Assembly (NCBI GenBank): GCA_014905635.1
Contig: JABVCE010000012.1
Span: forward strand, 744,001 to 808,000
DNA: 64,000 bases
Direction of reading: 5' to 3'
Source of the DNA: Scenedesmus sp. PABB004
Lineage: Eukaryota
Positions within the stretch are counted from its first letter, which is position 1. Every line of letters begins with the position of its first letter. Shown here piece after piece: positions 47,172-61,351 of the stretch. The notes below the pieces were generated by a model. The model saw nothing but the letters and a program-made list of their open reading frames with translations. It did not search any database and was not told the origin of the DNA. Position numbers and translations under genes: made by a program.

Positions 47172-49901
47172 ATGGCCTCCCACGCGGCGCTGGTGGAGCT
47201 GGACGGCGGCGGGGCCCTCTTCAGCCCGCCAGCCACCGTGGGCCGCGCGGCGATGGCCGAGCTGGGATCCCCCAACTTTCCACTCCTCCCGTTCAACCCC
47301 AGCCCCGCGGCCGCGCCCGCCAGCGGCCGGCGCGGGCAGCTGCCCGCGCGCGCCCGGCCCGCGGGCTCGCCCCGGCCCGGGAGCGCGCCCGCGGGCCTGC
47401 GAGGCGCGCTGTGCGCGGCCCAGACCGAGCTTCCGGCCGGCGGCAGCGGCGGTACGGCAGCGCCCACGCCGGGCCGGGTCGCGCCGAGCCGCGCGCTCGC
47501 GCCGCCCGGTGCGGGCGCGGCCCCGCCGCCGGCGGCCTCGCTGGCCGTGCAGGACGCCACCTCCTGGCGAGGCAGGCCCAGCAGCGGCGGCCTGGCGCCG
47601 CCGCGGCCCGGGGGCGCCGGCGCAGCAGCAGCGCCCGCGCCGGCGGTGCACGACGATGCGGACGCCGCCCGCTCGACGGCGGCGGCGGCGCCGGCGAGCC
47701 TGGCACGCGGCGGCGGCGGCCCTGCGGGCGGCGGCCTCGCCGCCGCGCCGGCGCCGCGTGCCGACGACGGCAGCGGCGGCGGTATGCTTGCGCACACGCT
47801 GCACGGCCTCTTGGCCGCGACCTCCGCGGTCGCTGCGGCGGCGGCGGCGGCTGACGCGGGCGGCGCCGCCGCGCAGCGGCAGCCCTTCTCTGGCCTGGCG
47901 CCCGCGGCGCCGCCGCCCGGCCCGCCCGCGCCGTGGCCGCCGGGGGGCAGCCCCGCCGCGGCACGCAGCGCGCAGCTCTGGGCGGCCGCCGCCGCCGGTG
48001 CGGCGGCGGCCGCCGCCGCCGCGGGCCCCCAGGCGGCCGCGCAGGCGGCGGCGTGCATGATGGCGGCGGGCGCGGCGGCGCGGAGCGGCCAGCCAGGGCA
48101 GCAGGGCGGCAGCGGCGGCGCCGCGTTCCAGCTCGCGGGGTGGCAGCTCGCGCAGCTCGCGGCGGCCGCGGCGCCGCAGGCCATGGCCACGCCGCAGGGC
48201 GCGCCGGCGCGCGGCGGGCCGCGCCTGCCGCTCTATTGGCAGGACGAGGAGGAGGAGGGCTGGCCGCTCTCGCCCGACGCGGCGCGCCCCGGCTCGGCGC
48301 TGGCGCCGCGCTGGGCGCTCGGCACGCCCGCCGGCGGGCCGCCCGCCACCGCGGCCGGCGCGCCGGGCAGCGCCGACAGCCCCACGCTGTCCAGCTGCGG
48401 CCGCCTCGGCGCGCTGGGCGCGGGCAGCCAGGCGGCGCACAGCTGGCCGCCCGCGCCAGCCGGGGCAGTCAGCGGCGGCCCCGACGCGGTGGCGGTGCCC
48501 AAGCCCAAGCCCAAGCGGCGCAGCGGCAAACGCAAGCGCAGCTGCGGCCCGAGCGCGAGCGCACAGGGGGGCAAGGCGCCCGCGGCCGCCGCCGCGCCGG
48601 CCGCCGGCGCCCAGGCGCCGGTCGCTAAGCGCCCGCGCTCGAGCAAGGCGCAGCGGCAGCGCGCGCACCAGGAGCTGTCGGCGCAGGTGAAGCAGGAGCC
48701 GCAGGTGAAGCAGGAGTCGCAGCAGCAGGAGCAGGAGCAGGGCGAGCAGCAGCCCGGCAGCACCGCGCGTGCGGTTGCAGCGCTGCTTGAGGCGGCGTTC
48801 AGCCGCCACCACAGCGCCGACCGCCCGGGCGAGCCCACGGCGGCGGCGGCGGCGGCGGCGGCAGCTCCGGAGCCTGAGCAGGGGGGCGCGGCGGCTGCTG
48901 CGCCCGAGGCTGCGCTGCGGGCGCCCAAGGCGGAGCCTGCCGCGGCGAGCGGCGCGGACGCGCCCCTGGCCGCGTGCCCCTGCACGCTCGTGCCGCCCGC
49001 CGGGCCCTCGTCGCTGGCGCCGGCGGTGGCGGGCGGCGCCGCGGGGGACCCGACCGCGCAGCAGCGCTGCCGCCGGGCGTGGCGCTTGCGGCGGCGCTGC
49101 CGGGCTGCCCGACGCTGCCCGGCGGCGCGCGGCTGGCGGTGCTGACGTCGCAGCTGACGCTGCTGCGGGTCAAGTGCGGCGTGCAGGTGCGGCTGGGTTG
49201 CTGGCCAGCAGCCCATGGGCGTACGCGCGCTTGTCGCGCCGCGGGCTGTGTGACGACACGCGCTCTGCCGCCCCGCCCCGCCCCGCCCGGCCCAGGTGTC
49301 CGCGAGCTGCCTGCTGGAGGCCATGGCGCTGCACTGCAGCAACGAGGCCGCGGCGGCGGGCGGCCGCGCCGGCGCCGCGCGCGAGCTGGCCCCGCCCTGG
49401 GGCGGCCACGCGGCGCCGGCGGCCGCCGGCGGCGCGGCGGGCGAGGCGCTCGCGCTGCGCGTGCGGCGCAGCGCGCTCGGCAGCCTGCTGCTGCACTGGC
49501 AGCCCGCGGCGGGCTCGCACGACGGCGGGGTGTGCACGCTGAGCTTCCCCGCCGTGCTGCGCGGCGGCGCCGGCGACGACCTGGCGACCCTGCCCCTGCT
49601 GCCGCCGGCGCCGGCGGCGGCCGGCGACGGCGCGGCGCTGCAGCCCGCCTGGTGGCAGGTGCCCTACGGCCGCTGCGGCGGCGCTGCGCCAGGAGACGGC
49701 GGCGGCCTCGCGCGCAGCTTCGGCGTACTCTGGCCGGCCTGCCTCGCGCGCGTGCTGGCCGACCGCGGCGGCCCCGGCGCGGCGCGGCTGCTGGGCGCGC
49801 TGCGCGCCGCGCACGAGGCCTATGCAGCGGCGCTGCCGGGCCTGCCGCACGACCTGCGCGAGGCCACCGGCGCGGGCTGGCTGGCCGCGGCGGCGGAGTG
49901 A
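47172..49901 (+). CDS. Hypothetical low-complexity protein with NLS-like stretch
   Basis: Long Ala/Gly/Pro ORF containing PKPKPKRRSGKRKR. Intron at ~49187-49295. The last exon looks globular (SCLLEAMALHC...LLLHWQP...WWQVPYG). Frameshift near 49050. Confidence 0.55.
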
Positions 49902-49961
49902 CGGCATCACCCCGGTCGCGGCCACCCATGAAATTGCACCGCCGCTGCCACCGCCGCGCGG

Positions 49962-52672
49962 TCACGGCACAGCGCGCGCGCCGGCGCGGCGGCGCGGCCC
50001 CGCTGGCTCACCGCGCGGCGGCCGCGGCCTGTGCGGCGGCGCGTGGGGGCCCGCGGCGACGCGCGCCGCGAGCGCCGCGCGGTGGCGGCGGATGAGGGCG
50101 AGTGTGTCGTCGAGGGTGGTGTAGGCGTGACCCCGCGGCGCCTGCGCCTCAGGCAGCCACCGCCCGCCGGCGCTGCACCGCGCGCCGCCGCCAGCCGCTG
50201 CGCAGTCCGGGCGCGCAGCGGCCGCGCCGTCCCGCAACGGCAGCACGTCGCCACCGCCCGCCGCGAGCCCTGTGCGTGACAGCCTGCACCGGATGCGATG
50301 CAGGCCGTCGCCGATGAGGCTGTCGGCGGCGGCGCTGCGCACCAGGGACTCCCAGCCGGCACCGCTCGCTGCTCCGAGCGGCCCGCCGCCGAGCGCCAGG
50401 CCCCAGCCGCTGCCACACTGCAGCGGCGCCGGCTGGCCCGCGCAGCGCAGCAGGTCGGCCGACGCGGCGGCCAGGGCGGCGCGCAGCGCGGCCGCGCCGC
50501 CCGCGGTCAGCCCCGGCGGCGCTGCACCCTGCGCGGCGCCCTGCCCAAGGAAGTCTGCGTAGCGAGCCAGGGTGTCGCCGGCGCTGCACTGCTGCGGCGC
50601 AGGTGCCGGCGCGGGCGGAGCAGCCGCGGGTGCCTCCTCCGCTGGCCGTGCTGGCCCCGCCTCGGCCGCAGCCGGCGGCGCCGGCGCGCCGTGCCCGTTG
50701 GCGGCGGCCGGCGGCCCGCCTGGCTCCTCTCCACCCTGGATGCCGTTGCATGGAAGCGGCTCCGCGACAGGCGCCTGGCAGGGCATGCCAGGGAGCTCCA
50801 GCCACACGTCGCGTGCTGCGGCTGCTGCTCCTGGTGGTGGCGGCGTGGACGGTGATGCTGGCGCCAGGTCCTGCTGCGGCGTCGCCCGACCGCTGCCGCC
50901 AGCTGCTGCTGGAGCCATCGCCGCGCCGGGCTGCGGGAGGCTGAACCAGCCTGCGCCGTCGGCGGCAGCTGGTGTCGCTGGCTCCGCAAGAACTGGCCCT
51001 GGCAGGCTGAGCCAGCCGGCACCATCGGCTGGCTCAGGCAGTGCGCTGGCGCTGACACCTGCGCCGCCTGCCTCCTCTTGCGCTGCTGCCGGCAGCTCCA
51101 CCCAGCTGCACTCCACCGGCTGCGGCGGCCCCGACTCTGTTGTTGCGGCAGCGGCCGCCGCCGCGGTGGCAGCCTCGGGCAGGGGCATGCTGCGCCGGCC
51201 CGGGGCGGCCGCCTCGTCGCCAGCTGGCGGCGCCGCGGATCGCGGGCAGGCCGCCGGCTCCTGGGGGCGCTGCCGGGGCGCGGGCTGCTCTGGCGATGCA
51301 GCTGGGCGCGGCGTCTGCGCCGCCACCGCCTGCGCCGCGCCGGGCTGCTGCCCCGACGCCACAGTGCGCAGCAGCGCCTCCAGCTGACCCAGCAGCCTGA
51401 GCTGCTGCAGCGAGGCCGATAGCGCGCCCCAGCCGCCACCCGCGGCAACGCCGCTCACCCGCGGCCAGCACGCCTGCTGCCGCGGCGGCGCCGGCTCGCT
51501 GGGCAGGCCGCCGCCGTCCCACAGCAGGCGGCGCGCATCGTCGAATGCGACCTGCGTGGCCTTGTCATTGCCGCCCACCTGCAGCGCCACGGAGCGGCGC
51601 TGCCGTGGGGCGATTGGGCGCCCGCCGCCGCCCGTGTCGCGTGCCGCGTGCTGCCGGGCCTGCCGACGCAGCAGGTCGTTGAGGTCGCACGAGCTGGCCG
51701 CCGAGTGGCCGCTGGCCCTGGCTGCTGGCGCCGCCTCGTCAGCCTGCTGCCGCACCCTGTTCTGCCCGGGCTGACGTGCAGGCTGCTCCCGCAGCTGCGG
51801 CTGCCGCTGCGGCGGCTGCGGCTGCGGCGGCTGCTGCTGCGGCTGCTGCTGCGGCGGCTGCTGCTGCGGTGCCGCGGCCTTCGGCGGCGGCGAGCCGGGC
51901 ACGGCGGCTGGGGCGGGCGGGCGCCAGGCGCCCGCCAGCGGCGGGCCCTGGCTGGCACCGCTGTCACCACGCGTGCGGCCGGGGCCAGCGGCCGCCACCG
52001 CCGCGCCGCCGCGGCTGGGGGCGTGACTGCTTGACTGGTCGACCAGCGGTGGGGGCGGCCCCCGCGGGCTGCCCTCGCTGCTGCCGCTGCTGGAGCTGGG
52101 GCTGAGCACGCGCTGTGGCACGAGCGCGAGCGTAGCGAACAGCGCCTCAATCGCGTCTGCCGCCGTCTGCGGCGCCGGCGCTGGCGGCGGCCGGCGCTCG
52201 ACGCCAGCGGCGACGGCAGGCGCGCCACGCGGCGCCTGCGCCCCTGGCTGCGCCTGCGCCGGCGCGGGCGCGGCGGCGCCGGCGGCGCTGGCGACGCTGG
52301 CTGCGCTGAACTCCACACTCGCCGAGAGCAGCGAGTCGTCCGCCGACAGCAGCACGGCGGCCGCCTCGCCGTCGGAGAACAGCACCGACAGGGAGCTGCT
52401 GGAGAGGCCGGACAGCGAGTGCTCGGGTCCAGCATCCGCGGCCGGCGGCGGCGCCCGCACGCGCGGCGGCGGCGCCGCCTCCAGCTGCGACTTGCCGCGC
52501 GTGGCGGGCCGCGCGCCGGCACCTGCGGGGCGGCAGCGGGTTGGGGAGGAGGAGGGTGAGCAGCGCGCGTGGCGAGCGGGCCGGAAGGAGGCGGTGGCGC
52601 GAGCGGCGCAGCGAAGCGCGCACGCTCACCGGCCGGCGCCGCCGCGTCGCCGCGCGTGCTGGGCCGCTGCAT
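49962..52672 (-). CDS. Hypothetical low-complexity protein (2 exons)
   Basis: Exon 1 MQRPSTRGDAAAPAG|GTGAG is phase-compatible with the acceptor at ~52523, which leads into the 832-codon ORF. Repeated W-x-x-LP motifs; C-terminal YTTLDDTLALIRRHR. Confidence 0.55.
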
Positions 52673-53031
52673 CAGTCACTCATCCCTGGCGGCGCGCCCG
52701 CAGCGGCGGCATCGCCGGCCGCTGCGCCAGCTCCGCAGCGCGGCCGCCCGCGCGGTCAACGCAGTTGATTTGTTGGCCGCGCCTACCGCACGCATCGCCT
52801 CGACACCTCCTGCTGATGTGCGCGGTCCCTGGGGGCGCGGGCTTGCGACGCCGATGTGACAAATGCGCGCGCCGGGCGGGCGGACGCTACCGTGCTCGCC
52901 GCGGCGCCGCCGCGGCCTGCACACTGGGCGCCGCCGATCGCGGCCTTGCTGTGCCGAGCACCGTAGCGCACGTCGGCAGGCAGTGGCCCGCGGGCACCAC
53001 TCAGGCCACGAGCAGCAGCAGCGGCGGGGAG

Positions 53032-55083
53032 ATGCGGTTGGCGCCGCCGCTCGCCGGCGGTGCGTGGCGGGGAGCGCCGGCCCCTGCTGCACAGGTGAGG
53101 CTCGCGGGAAGCTCCACGCGAGCGCGGAACGCTCGCGGCAACCGCCGCCAACCGCCGCCGCCCGCCGCGCGCGGCTGCTGCTGCGGCAGCGGCGCTGCCG
53201 CGCGCGCGCCGCCGCCGCCGCACCGCCCAGGGCGGCGGCCCAGGTGGACGCCGCGTCCACCAGCGCGCCCAGCGCCAGCGACCGCGAGCTGCGCGTGTTC
53301 TACCGCACCACCTGGCCCACCGCCAAGCTGCACGGCAGCCTGCAGGGCGGCGCGTGGCGGGACTTCCCGCTCGCCAAGGTGCGGCCAGCCCCTGAGGCTG
53401 CGCCGCCGCCTGATGCTGTCTGCTGCTGCTGGTGCCGCCGATGCAGGCACGCCGCCGCCGCCGCCGCCGCAGATCAACGACGCGCCCAGCAAGTGGCTCT
53501 CCGCGACGATACCGCTCGCCCCCGGCGCGCCCGCCGACGCGCCGCTGCTGGAGTTTGTGGTCACCGACGGCGGCGCCAACTGGGACAAGCCCGCCGCGGG
53601 TGCGCCCGGCGCCGCAGCGCCGCGCAGCGGCGGCGGCCGCGCGGCCGCCGGATGCGGCGCGCGCCGTGCCGTGCCGCGCCGTGCCCGCCCGCACGCCGCG
53701 CCGCGCCGCGCCCGCCCCCACGCGCGGCCGCAGGCGGCAACTACACCATCACGGCGCCCGGGCGCTACGCGCTGCGCCGCGGCGCGCTGAGCGCGCTGCG
53801 CGAGGGCCCGCCGCCGGTGATGGTCGTGAGCGACCTGGACGGCACCATGGTCGGCGACGACACAGCCACCGGTGCGCGCCGCCGCCGCCGCACGGCGGCG
53901 GCAGCGCGCCGGGGGTGCCGCGCGGGCGGCCCGAGCGCGCGCTGCCGGCCCAGCGCCGCCGCCGCCGCCGCCGCCGCCGCGCAGCCGAGTTCAAGGAGTG
54001 GTGGGAGGGCGAGGCGCTGCTGCGGGGCGGCGTGCTGGTCTACAACACCGGCAGGCGCGGCGCGCCGCGATGGCCGCCCGCCCCGCCCCGCCCCGCCCTG
54101 CCCCGCCCAGCCCGCCGCGCAGCGCCGTCGCGCTCACACGCCGCGCCGCCGCGCCGCCGCGCCGCCGCCCGCACGCCGCCGCGGCACAGGGCGCTGGCGA
54201 GCTTTGAGGCGCTGCTCGCCGACAAGTCGGCCGTGCTCGCGCACCCGGACGTGCTCATCAGCGCGGTGGGGACCAAGATCTACAACTTCAGCGCCGCCCG
54301 CGGCTGGCAGGAGGACCGCGGCTGGGCCGCGCAGCTCGACCAGGACTGGCGCGTCGACGCCGTGCGCGAGGCGGCGTACGCGGCGCTCGCAAAGGCGCGG
54401 CGCGCCGCCGCCGCGCGCTCGCCGCCGCCGCCGCCGAGCGCTCGCCGCCGCCGCGCGCGGCCCACGGGGCGCGCGCCGCGCCACTCCGCGCCTGCGCGCA
54501 CCGCGCTGCAGGTCGGGAAGGAGTGCATGCACTTCCGGCCGCCGGACGAGCAGAACGAGCACAAGATCACGTGCGGCGTCGCCGTCGCCGCGCTGCCGGG
54601 CGTGGTCGGCGGCATCGAGGCCGCGCTGCGCGGCGCGGGCGTGCGCGCCAACATCATCACCAGCGGCACGGGTGCGCCGTGCGCGCTCCCCGCCCCCGCG
54701 CGCGCGGCCCGACGCGCCGCGCAGCGCGCGCCCCACACCCGCGCGCCGCCGCCCCGGCCCGGCCGCTGGCAGGTGACTGGCGGTTCATGGACCTGGTGCC
54801 CGCGCGCGCGGGGAAGCTGCAGGCGCTGGAGTACGTGCGCGCGGCGCGGGGCTTCCCGCTGAGCGCGACGGTCGCGTGCGGCGACAGCGGCAACGACATA
54901 CTCATGCTCTCCGGCGCCAACCTCGCCATCGTCGTCGGCAACGCGCAGCCCGACCTGCTCGACTGGCTGGCGGGGCACGTGGGCGAGCCGTCGCCGCTGC
55001 CCGGCCGCGACCGCCTGCACCGCGCGGCCGCGGCCGAGGCGCGCGGCATCCTCGAGGGGCTGGCGTACTTCGGACTGAAGTGA
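53032..55083 (+). CDS. Sucrose-phosphate-phosphatase-family HAD hydrolase with N-terminal carbohydrate-binding-like module
   Basis: HAD-IIB motifs VVSDLDGTMVG, VYNTGR, PDVLISAVGTKIY, EQNEHKIT, AGKLQAL, VACGDSGNDILM and VGNAQ. N-terminal module VFYRTTW...LHGS...W...LEFVVTDGGANWD...GNY. The start is uncertain (alternative ATG at 52863). Confidence 0.88.
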
Positions 55084-55398
55084 CGCGCTCGATCACTTCA
55101 CCTGGACTGGCTCTGTGAGGCTGCGGCAGGCTGCCGCCGACCTGCCGGCCGCAGAGCGCGCGGACGGACCTGCGGCGGCGCCTGGCCGGACGCGGCGGCG
55201 CGGCGGCGCTGCAACGACAAGCTCGCCCGACGCATCCCCGCCACACACTCGCACCCACGCGCCACCATCCGCGCTGCCACCGCGCCCGCGCGCCCCACGG
55301 CCGCCCGAGCCGTCGCGATCGCCTCGCCCGCTGCTGCCGCGCGCATTGGGCGGCGCTGCGGCGCGCCGGAGCCTGACTCCGCTGGTCCTGCGGGAGGC

Positions 55399-57090
55399 AT
55401 GCGGAGCGCCCAGCTGGCGCGCCAGCTGCTGGGCGGGCTGGCGCGGCGGCGGCAGCAGCAGCAGCCCGCCGGCCGGCTGCTGCTGGCGCCCCTGGCCGCC
55501 GCCGCGACCCCCGGCCGCGCCTACCAGGCCGCCGCGGACGCAGCCGCCTCCCAGGACGCCGGCGCGCCCGCGGGCAGCGCCGGCGCCGGCGCAGCGGGCG
55601 GCGGCAGCGCCGGCGCAGCGGGCGGCGGCGGCGCAGCGGCGGCTGGCGCCGCGGCGTGGGCGCCCGCGCACGGCCTGCCGCCGCCGGACATTTACAGCGT
55701 GCGCGTGACGGTCAAGGCGCACGACCTCAAGTTCGTCAAGCTCGCGAGCACCGCGATCCGGGACCTGCTGCTCGTCAACTTTGCGCCCAAGAGCCGCGCC
55801 GCCGTGCCGGCCGAGTGGCGCAAGGACTCGCCGCTGCCGCACGTGCAGCTGGTGCGCCGTCGGCGCGGCGCGGCGCGCAGCCCGGCAGCGCCCGCCCGCG
55901 CCGCGCGCGCCGGCGCCGTTTGCGTGCACCCCTCGCGCGCCCACCGCCCCGCCGCGCCCGCCCCGCGCCGCGCGCAGGCGCTGCCGGTCGGCGACGCGGC
56001 GCTGCCGATCCGGCGCAGCCACTGGACGGTCATACGCGGCCCGCACGTGCACAAGACCAGCCGCGAGCAGTTTGCGCGCACGACGCACGCGCGCGTCATC
56101 GCCGCGGCGACGAACAACCTCTCCGAGCTCACCTGGTTCCTGGACAGCCTGAAGCTCTACAAGTTTGTCGGCGTGGAGCTCGTCGTGCGCGTGGGCAGCA
56201 GCAGCTACCTGCTGCCGACGAGCGAGGCCGCGCGCGACGCCGCCGACGCGCCGCTGCTCGCGGGCCACCGCGCGCGCTTCGCGCACCTCTTTGGCGCGGC
56301 CGCGCCCAGCGCCGGCGGCGGCGGCGGCGGCGCGCCGGCGGGCGGCGAGCCCGGCGCGGGGGAGCTGCAGGCGTCGCTCGCGGGCCTGCGCGGCGCGCTG
56401 CAGGACGGCCTGCTGCAGCAGCGGCTGCGGCTGGAGGCGTCGCCAAGCTTTGCGCGCTGGCGCGAGGGCGCGGGCGGCGCGGCGGCGGCCGCCGCGGCCG
56501 CGGCCTCGGCGCCGCCGGCCGCGTCCGCCGCGGCGCCGGCGCCGGCGCTGCAGGACGCGGTCGCGGCGCAGGTCGCGCGCAGCGGGCTCGCGGCGCCGGG
56601 CGGCGCGGCGCCCGGCGGCGGCGCGGGCGCCGGGCGGGAGGGCGCGCTGCTCGCGGCGCTCGACCGCGCGCTGCTGGGGCTGAAGCTGGACGTGCTGGAC
56701 CGCGCGCGTCTCCTTCCTTACCTCATGGCCTTTGTGCAGCCCGGCGGGCCGCCGGCGGCGGCGGCGGAGTGGATGCACCGCGCGCTCGCGTACGGCCGCG
56801 CGCGGCAGGCGCAGCTCGAGGCGAGCGGCGCCGCAGCGGCGCTGTCGGGCTACGCGCAGCTCGGCCAGGCGGGCCGCGCGGCGGCGCTCATGGCGCTGCA
56901 GTCCTGGTGGGCCGCGGCCGACGGCGGCGCGCGGCGCGCGCTCGCGCTGCCGGGCGCGGAGCAGCTGGACGCGATGCTGCCGGCGCAGCCCAAGGAGCAG
57001 CAGCGGCGCGGCGGCGGCGGCGAGGGCGGCGGCGGCAAGGGCCGGGAGCCGGCCGGCGGCGAGCCGGCTGAGCCGCGCGACGAGCCGTGA
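55399..57090 (+). CDS. RPS10: Mitochondrial ribosomal protein uS10m with long C-terminal extension
   Basis: VRVTVKAHDLKFV...LPIRRSHWTVIRGPHVHKTSREQF...GVELVV. Arg-rich presequence. One intron at ~55853-55977. Confidence 0.88.
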   Translation: MRSAQLARQLLGGLARRRQQQQPAGRLLLAPLAAAATPGRAYQAAADAAASQDAGAPAGSAGAGAAGGGSAGAAGGGGAAAAGAAAWAPAHGLPPPDIYSVRVTVKAHDLKFVKLASTAIRDLLLVNFAPKSRAAVPAEWRKDSPLPHVQLVRRRRGAARSPAAPARAARAGAVCVHPSRAHRPAAPAPRRAQALPVGDAALPIRRSHWTVIRGPHVHKTSREQFARTTHARVIAAATNNLSELTWFLDSLKLYKFVGVELVVRVGSSSYLLPTSEAARDAADAPLLAGHRARFAHLFGAAAPSAGGGGGGAPAGGEPGAGELQASLAGLRGALQDGLLQQRLRLEASPSFARWREGAGGAAAAAAAAASAPPAASAAAPAPALQDAVAAQVARSGLAAPGGAAPGGGAGAGREGALLAALDRALLGLKLDVLDRARLLPYLMAFVQPGGPPAAAAEWMHRALAYGRARQAQLEASGAAAALSGYAQLGQAGRAAALMALQSWWAAADGGARRALALPGAEQLDAMLPAQPKEQQRRGGGGEGGGGKGREPAGGEPAEPRDEP

Positions 57091-57166
57091 GCGGGTAACG
57101 CGCTCGAGCGTGTTGCAGCCCGCGCCGCCGCTGCGTCGCGCACGTCCCCCGCGTTCACTCGCTTGC

Positions 57167-58080
57167 TCACTCGTCGTCGCTGTCCGAGTCGCTGTCCTCG
57201 TACGTCACCACGCGCCGGTTGTTGATCTGCTGCAGCGGCGGCAGCCCGTCGTCGCTGCTGCTGTCGCCGTCGTCGTCGCCGCTGCCGCCTCGTTGCTGGC
57301 CGCCGCCGCTGCTGCCGCCTGCTGCCGCTGCTGCTGCCGCTGCTGCCTCTGCTGCCTCTGCGCCCAGCGCGCCGCCCGCACGGCCGTCCGCGCCGCTGCC
57401 GCCCCGGGCGTCCGACGGCGGTAGGCCAGGCGCGCCGCCGCCAGCCGCTGCCGCTGCCGCTGCCGCTGCCGCTGCTGCTGCAGCCGCTGCTGCTGCTGGT
57501 GTGCTCGCCGCAAACTCGGGGGGCCTGCGGGGGCAGCAGTCGCAGCGGCGCGGCGCCGGCGTGCGCCTCGGTGGCAGACGCAGCCTGGCCGCCGCTGAAC
57601 GCCGCTGGCCGCCGCTCGCGCGCTGGCCGCCGGCGGGCGCGCGCGTGCGCGTCAGGTCGCACCACACGCCGGGCATCTTCTTGAGCTGCTTGATGTGCTC
57701 ATCGTACAGCACCGCCGCGATGGTCCCCGTCACGCGCGACCCCGCGTCGGCGCCGGCCTCCGCGCTCGCGTCGATGATGAGGAAGCCGCCCCGGCGCACC
57801 CAGAGCTTGCGGTTGAACTTGGCGGGCATTAGGCACAGCGTCGCGGCGCCGCAGGGGTACTCCACCTGCCGGGCACGGCCGCGGCGGCGGCAGCGGCGGC
57901 GCGCTCGGCACGGCGGCTCGCGGCGGCCGCGGCGGCGCGCCGCGGCGCGCCGGCGCGCGTCACCTCCACGATGTTGCCGCCCCGCGCGCCCAGGGCGCGC
58001 ACGATGGCCTGCCCCGGCCCCGGGGGCGCCACCTCCTGCGCCGTGGCGCCCTGCGTGACGTGCTTGCGGCGCTGGCTCAT
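57167..58080 (-). CDS. EIF1AD: EIF1AD-like RNA-binding protein (3 exons)
   Basis: MSQRRKHV...ARGGNIVE|V...LCLMPAKFNRKLWVRRGGFLII...HIKQLKKMPGVW|PPEF...DDGLPPLQQINNRR. Confidence 0.92.
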
Positions 58081-58388
58081 GCTGGAGGTGGAGCGCGGAC
58101 TGTGGGGGCGGCCTGGGAGCGCGGAGCGGCCCCTCATCGGGGGGCGGAACCGCGAGCAACATAACTCTTCGCTCAACCGACGCCGCTAGAGCCCCTCCCG
58201 CCCGGCCAGCGGTCGCACCTGGACGCCCTTGGTCAGTCCCACCCACGTCTCGCCCAGCGCGGCCCCCCGCACGCGCGTTCGCAGGCCGGCGCCGCCGGCG
58301 ACAGCGCGGCGCACAGCAGCTCGCGTCCCGGCCGCGCAGCGAGCCGCCCGCCGGTTTTTTCCCAGCCCGCCCGCTGCGCGCGTTTGCC

Positions 58389-58930
58389 ATGTCGTGGTGG
58401 CCCTTTGGCGGCGGCGCCAAGCCCGCGCTGCCACCGGCTGCGCCGGGCGGCAGCGCTGCGGCCGCTGCTGCTGGCGACGCGGCGGCCAAGCCCAAGAAGA
58501 AGATCTGCTGCGCCTGCCCCGACACCAAGGTGCGCGCGGCACGGGCCGGGGGCGGGCGGCGGCGAGCGTGCCGACGCCACGGCGCTGACGCCGCTGCCGC
58601 GCGCCCGCAGCGCTTGCGGGACGAGTGCATCGCCACGCACGGTGCGCGCGGCGGCACGGCGGCTGCGCGCGGCGCTGCCGCGCGGCGGTGGGGCCGCGGC
58701 GCGGCGCTTGTCGGCCGCGAGGGCCCGCGCGCCGCTCGCGCTGCGACTCCCGTCCCGACGCGCAGGCGAGGAGGAGCCCTACTGCAAGGCGCTGATCGAG
58801 GCCCACCTGGCGTGCCTGCGGCTAGAGGGCTTCAACGTGCGCGCGCAGCGCACGCCGAGGCGTGCGTGGTGGTCGCGCTGGCGGCGAGCGCCCACCCGCG
58901 CCCGCCCGCTTGCCCGCCGCGCAGGTGTGA
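58389..58930 (+). CDS. COX17: Cytochrome c oxidase copper chaperone COX17 (4 exons)
   Basis: KPKKKICCACPDTK|RLRDECIATH|GEEEPYCKALIEAHLACLRLEGFN|V*. Confidence 0.97.
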
Positions 58931-59495
58931 GGAGCGCGGCCGAGGTGCGGGGACGTCGGCGGCGGCGGCGGCGGCGGCGGTCGGGTAATTGCTCGAGCCG
59001 GCGGCCGACCACGCGCGGCTCTGCGCCGCCGCTGCGCCCCGCGCCCGCGCGCCGCCGCTCGGCAGCTCGTGCTGCTGCCCGCCCTGCCCGACACGCACAC
59101 TGCCGCGCCAGCAAACTCGGCCAGCCTCCCCGGACCTGTGGTGCTGCCGCCTGTGCACCTCGGCAGCAGCAGCAGCCCGCGTGCGGCCCGTCCCGCCCGC
59201 GGCCGGCGCGCCACCACCTCCTGGGCGTGAGCCCGTGCTTGCGGCGGGCGCGCAGAGCGGGTGCGAGCGCGCCGGGAGGCGACGGCCGCGATGCGAGCCC
59301 TCTGCAGCCCGCCCCGCGCCCGCAACGCCTCGCCCGGCGCGGCCATTGCGGCGGTGTGCCACGCCGGTCACGCACACGCGGCGCCCGCGACGCACGCGGC
59401 GGGGCGGGGCAGATCTGGGCGCCGCGAGCGGCGGCAGCAGCGCAGCAGCGGCAGCGACCCGCCCGCCGGCCGCCGCGGCGCCGCAGGGGGCCAAG

Positions 59496-61111
<1,616 letters not shown>

Positions 61112-61351
61112 TAATCGCGGCGGCGGCGGCGGGGCGTCGTGCGCCGGCGCTGGTGACGAGCGAGCGATTGGGGTCCAGCGTCCGCGCCGCCCCGCCCGGC
61201 ACTGCATCGCGCACGGCGCCCGCAGAACGAGCGCCCGGGCAGCGCAGCGGGTAGCAGAGGGTGTGGCAGCAGCACCGCGCTGCTGCTGCCGCTGACCGTC
61301 TGCTCCGCCCGCTCGCCATTCCCTAGCCACTAGCTCGCCACGGCCTGCGCC

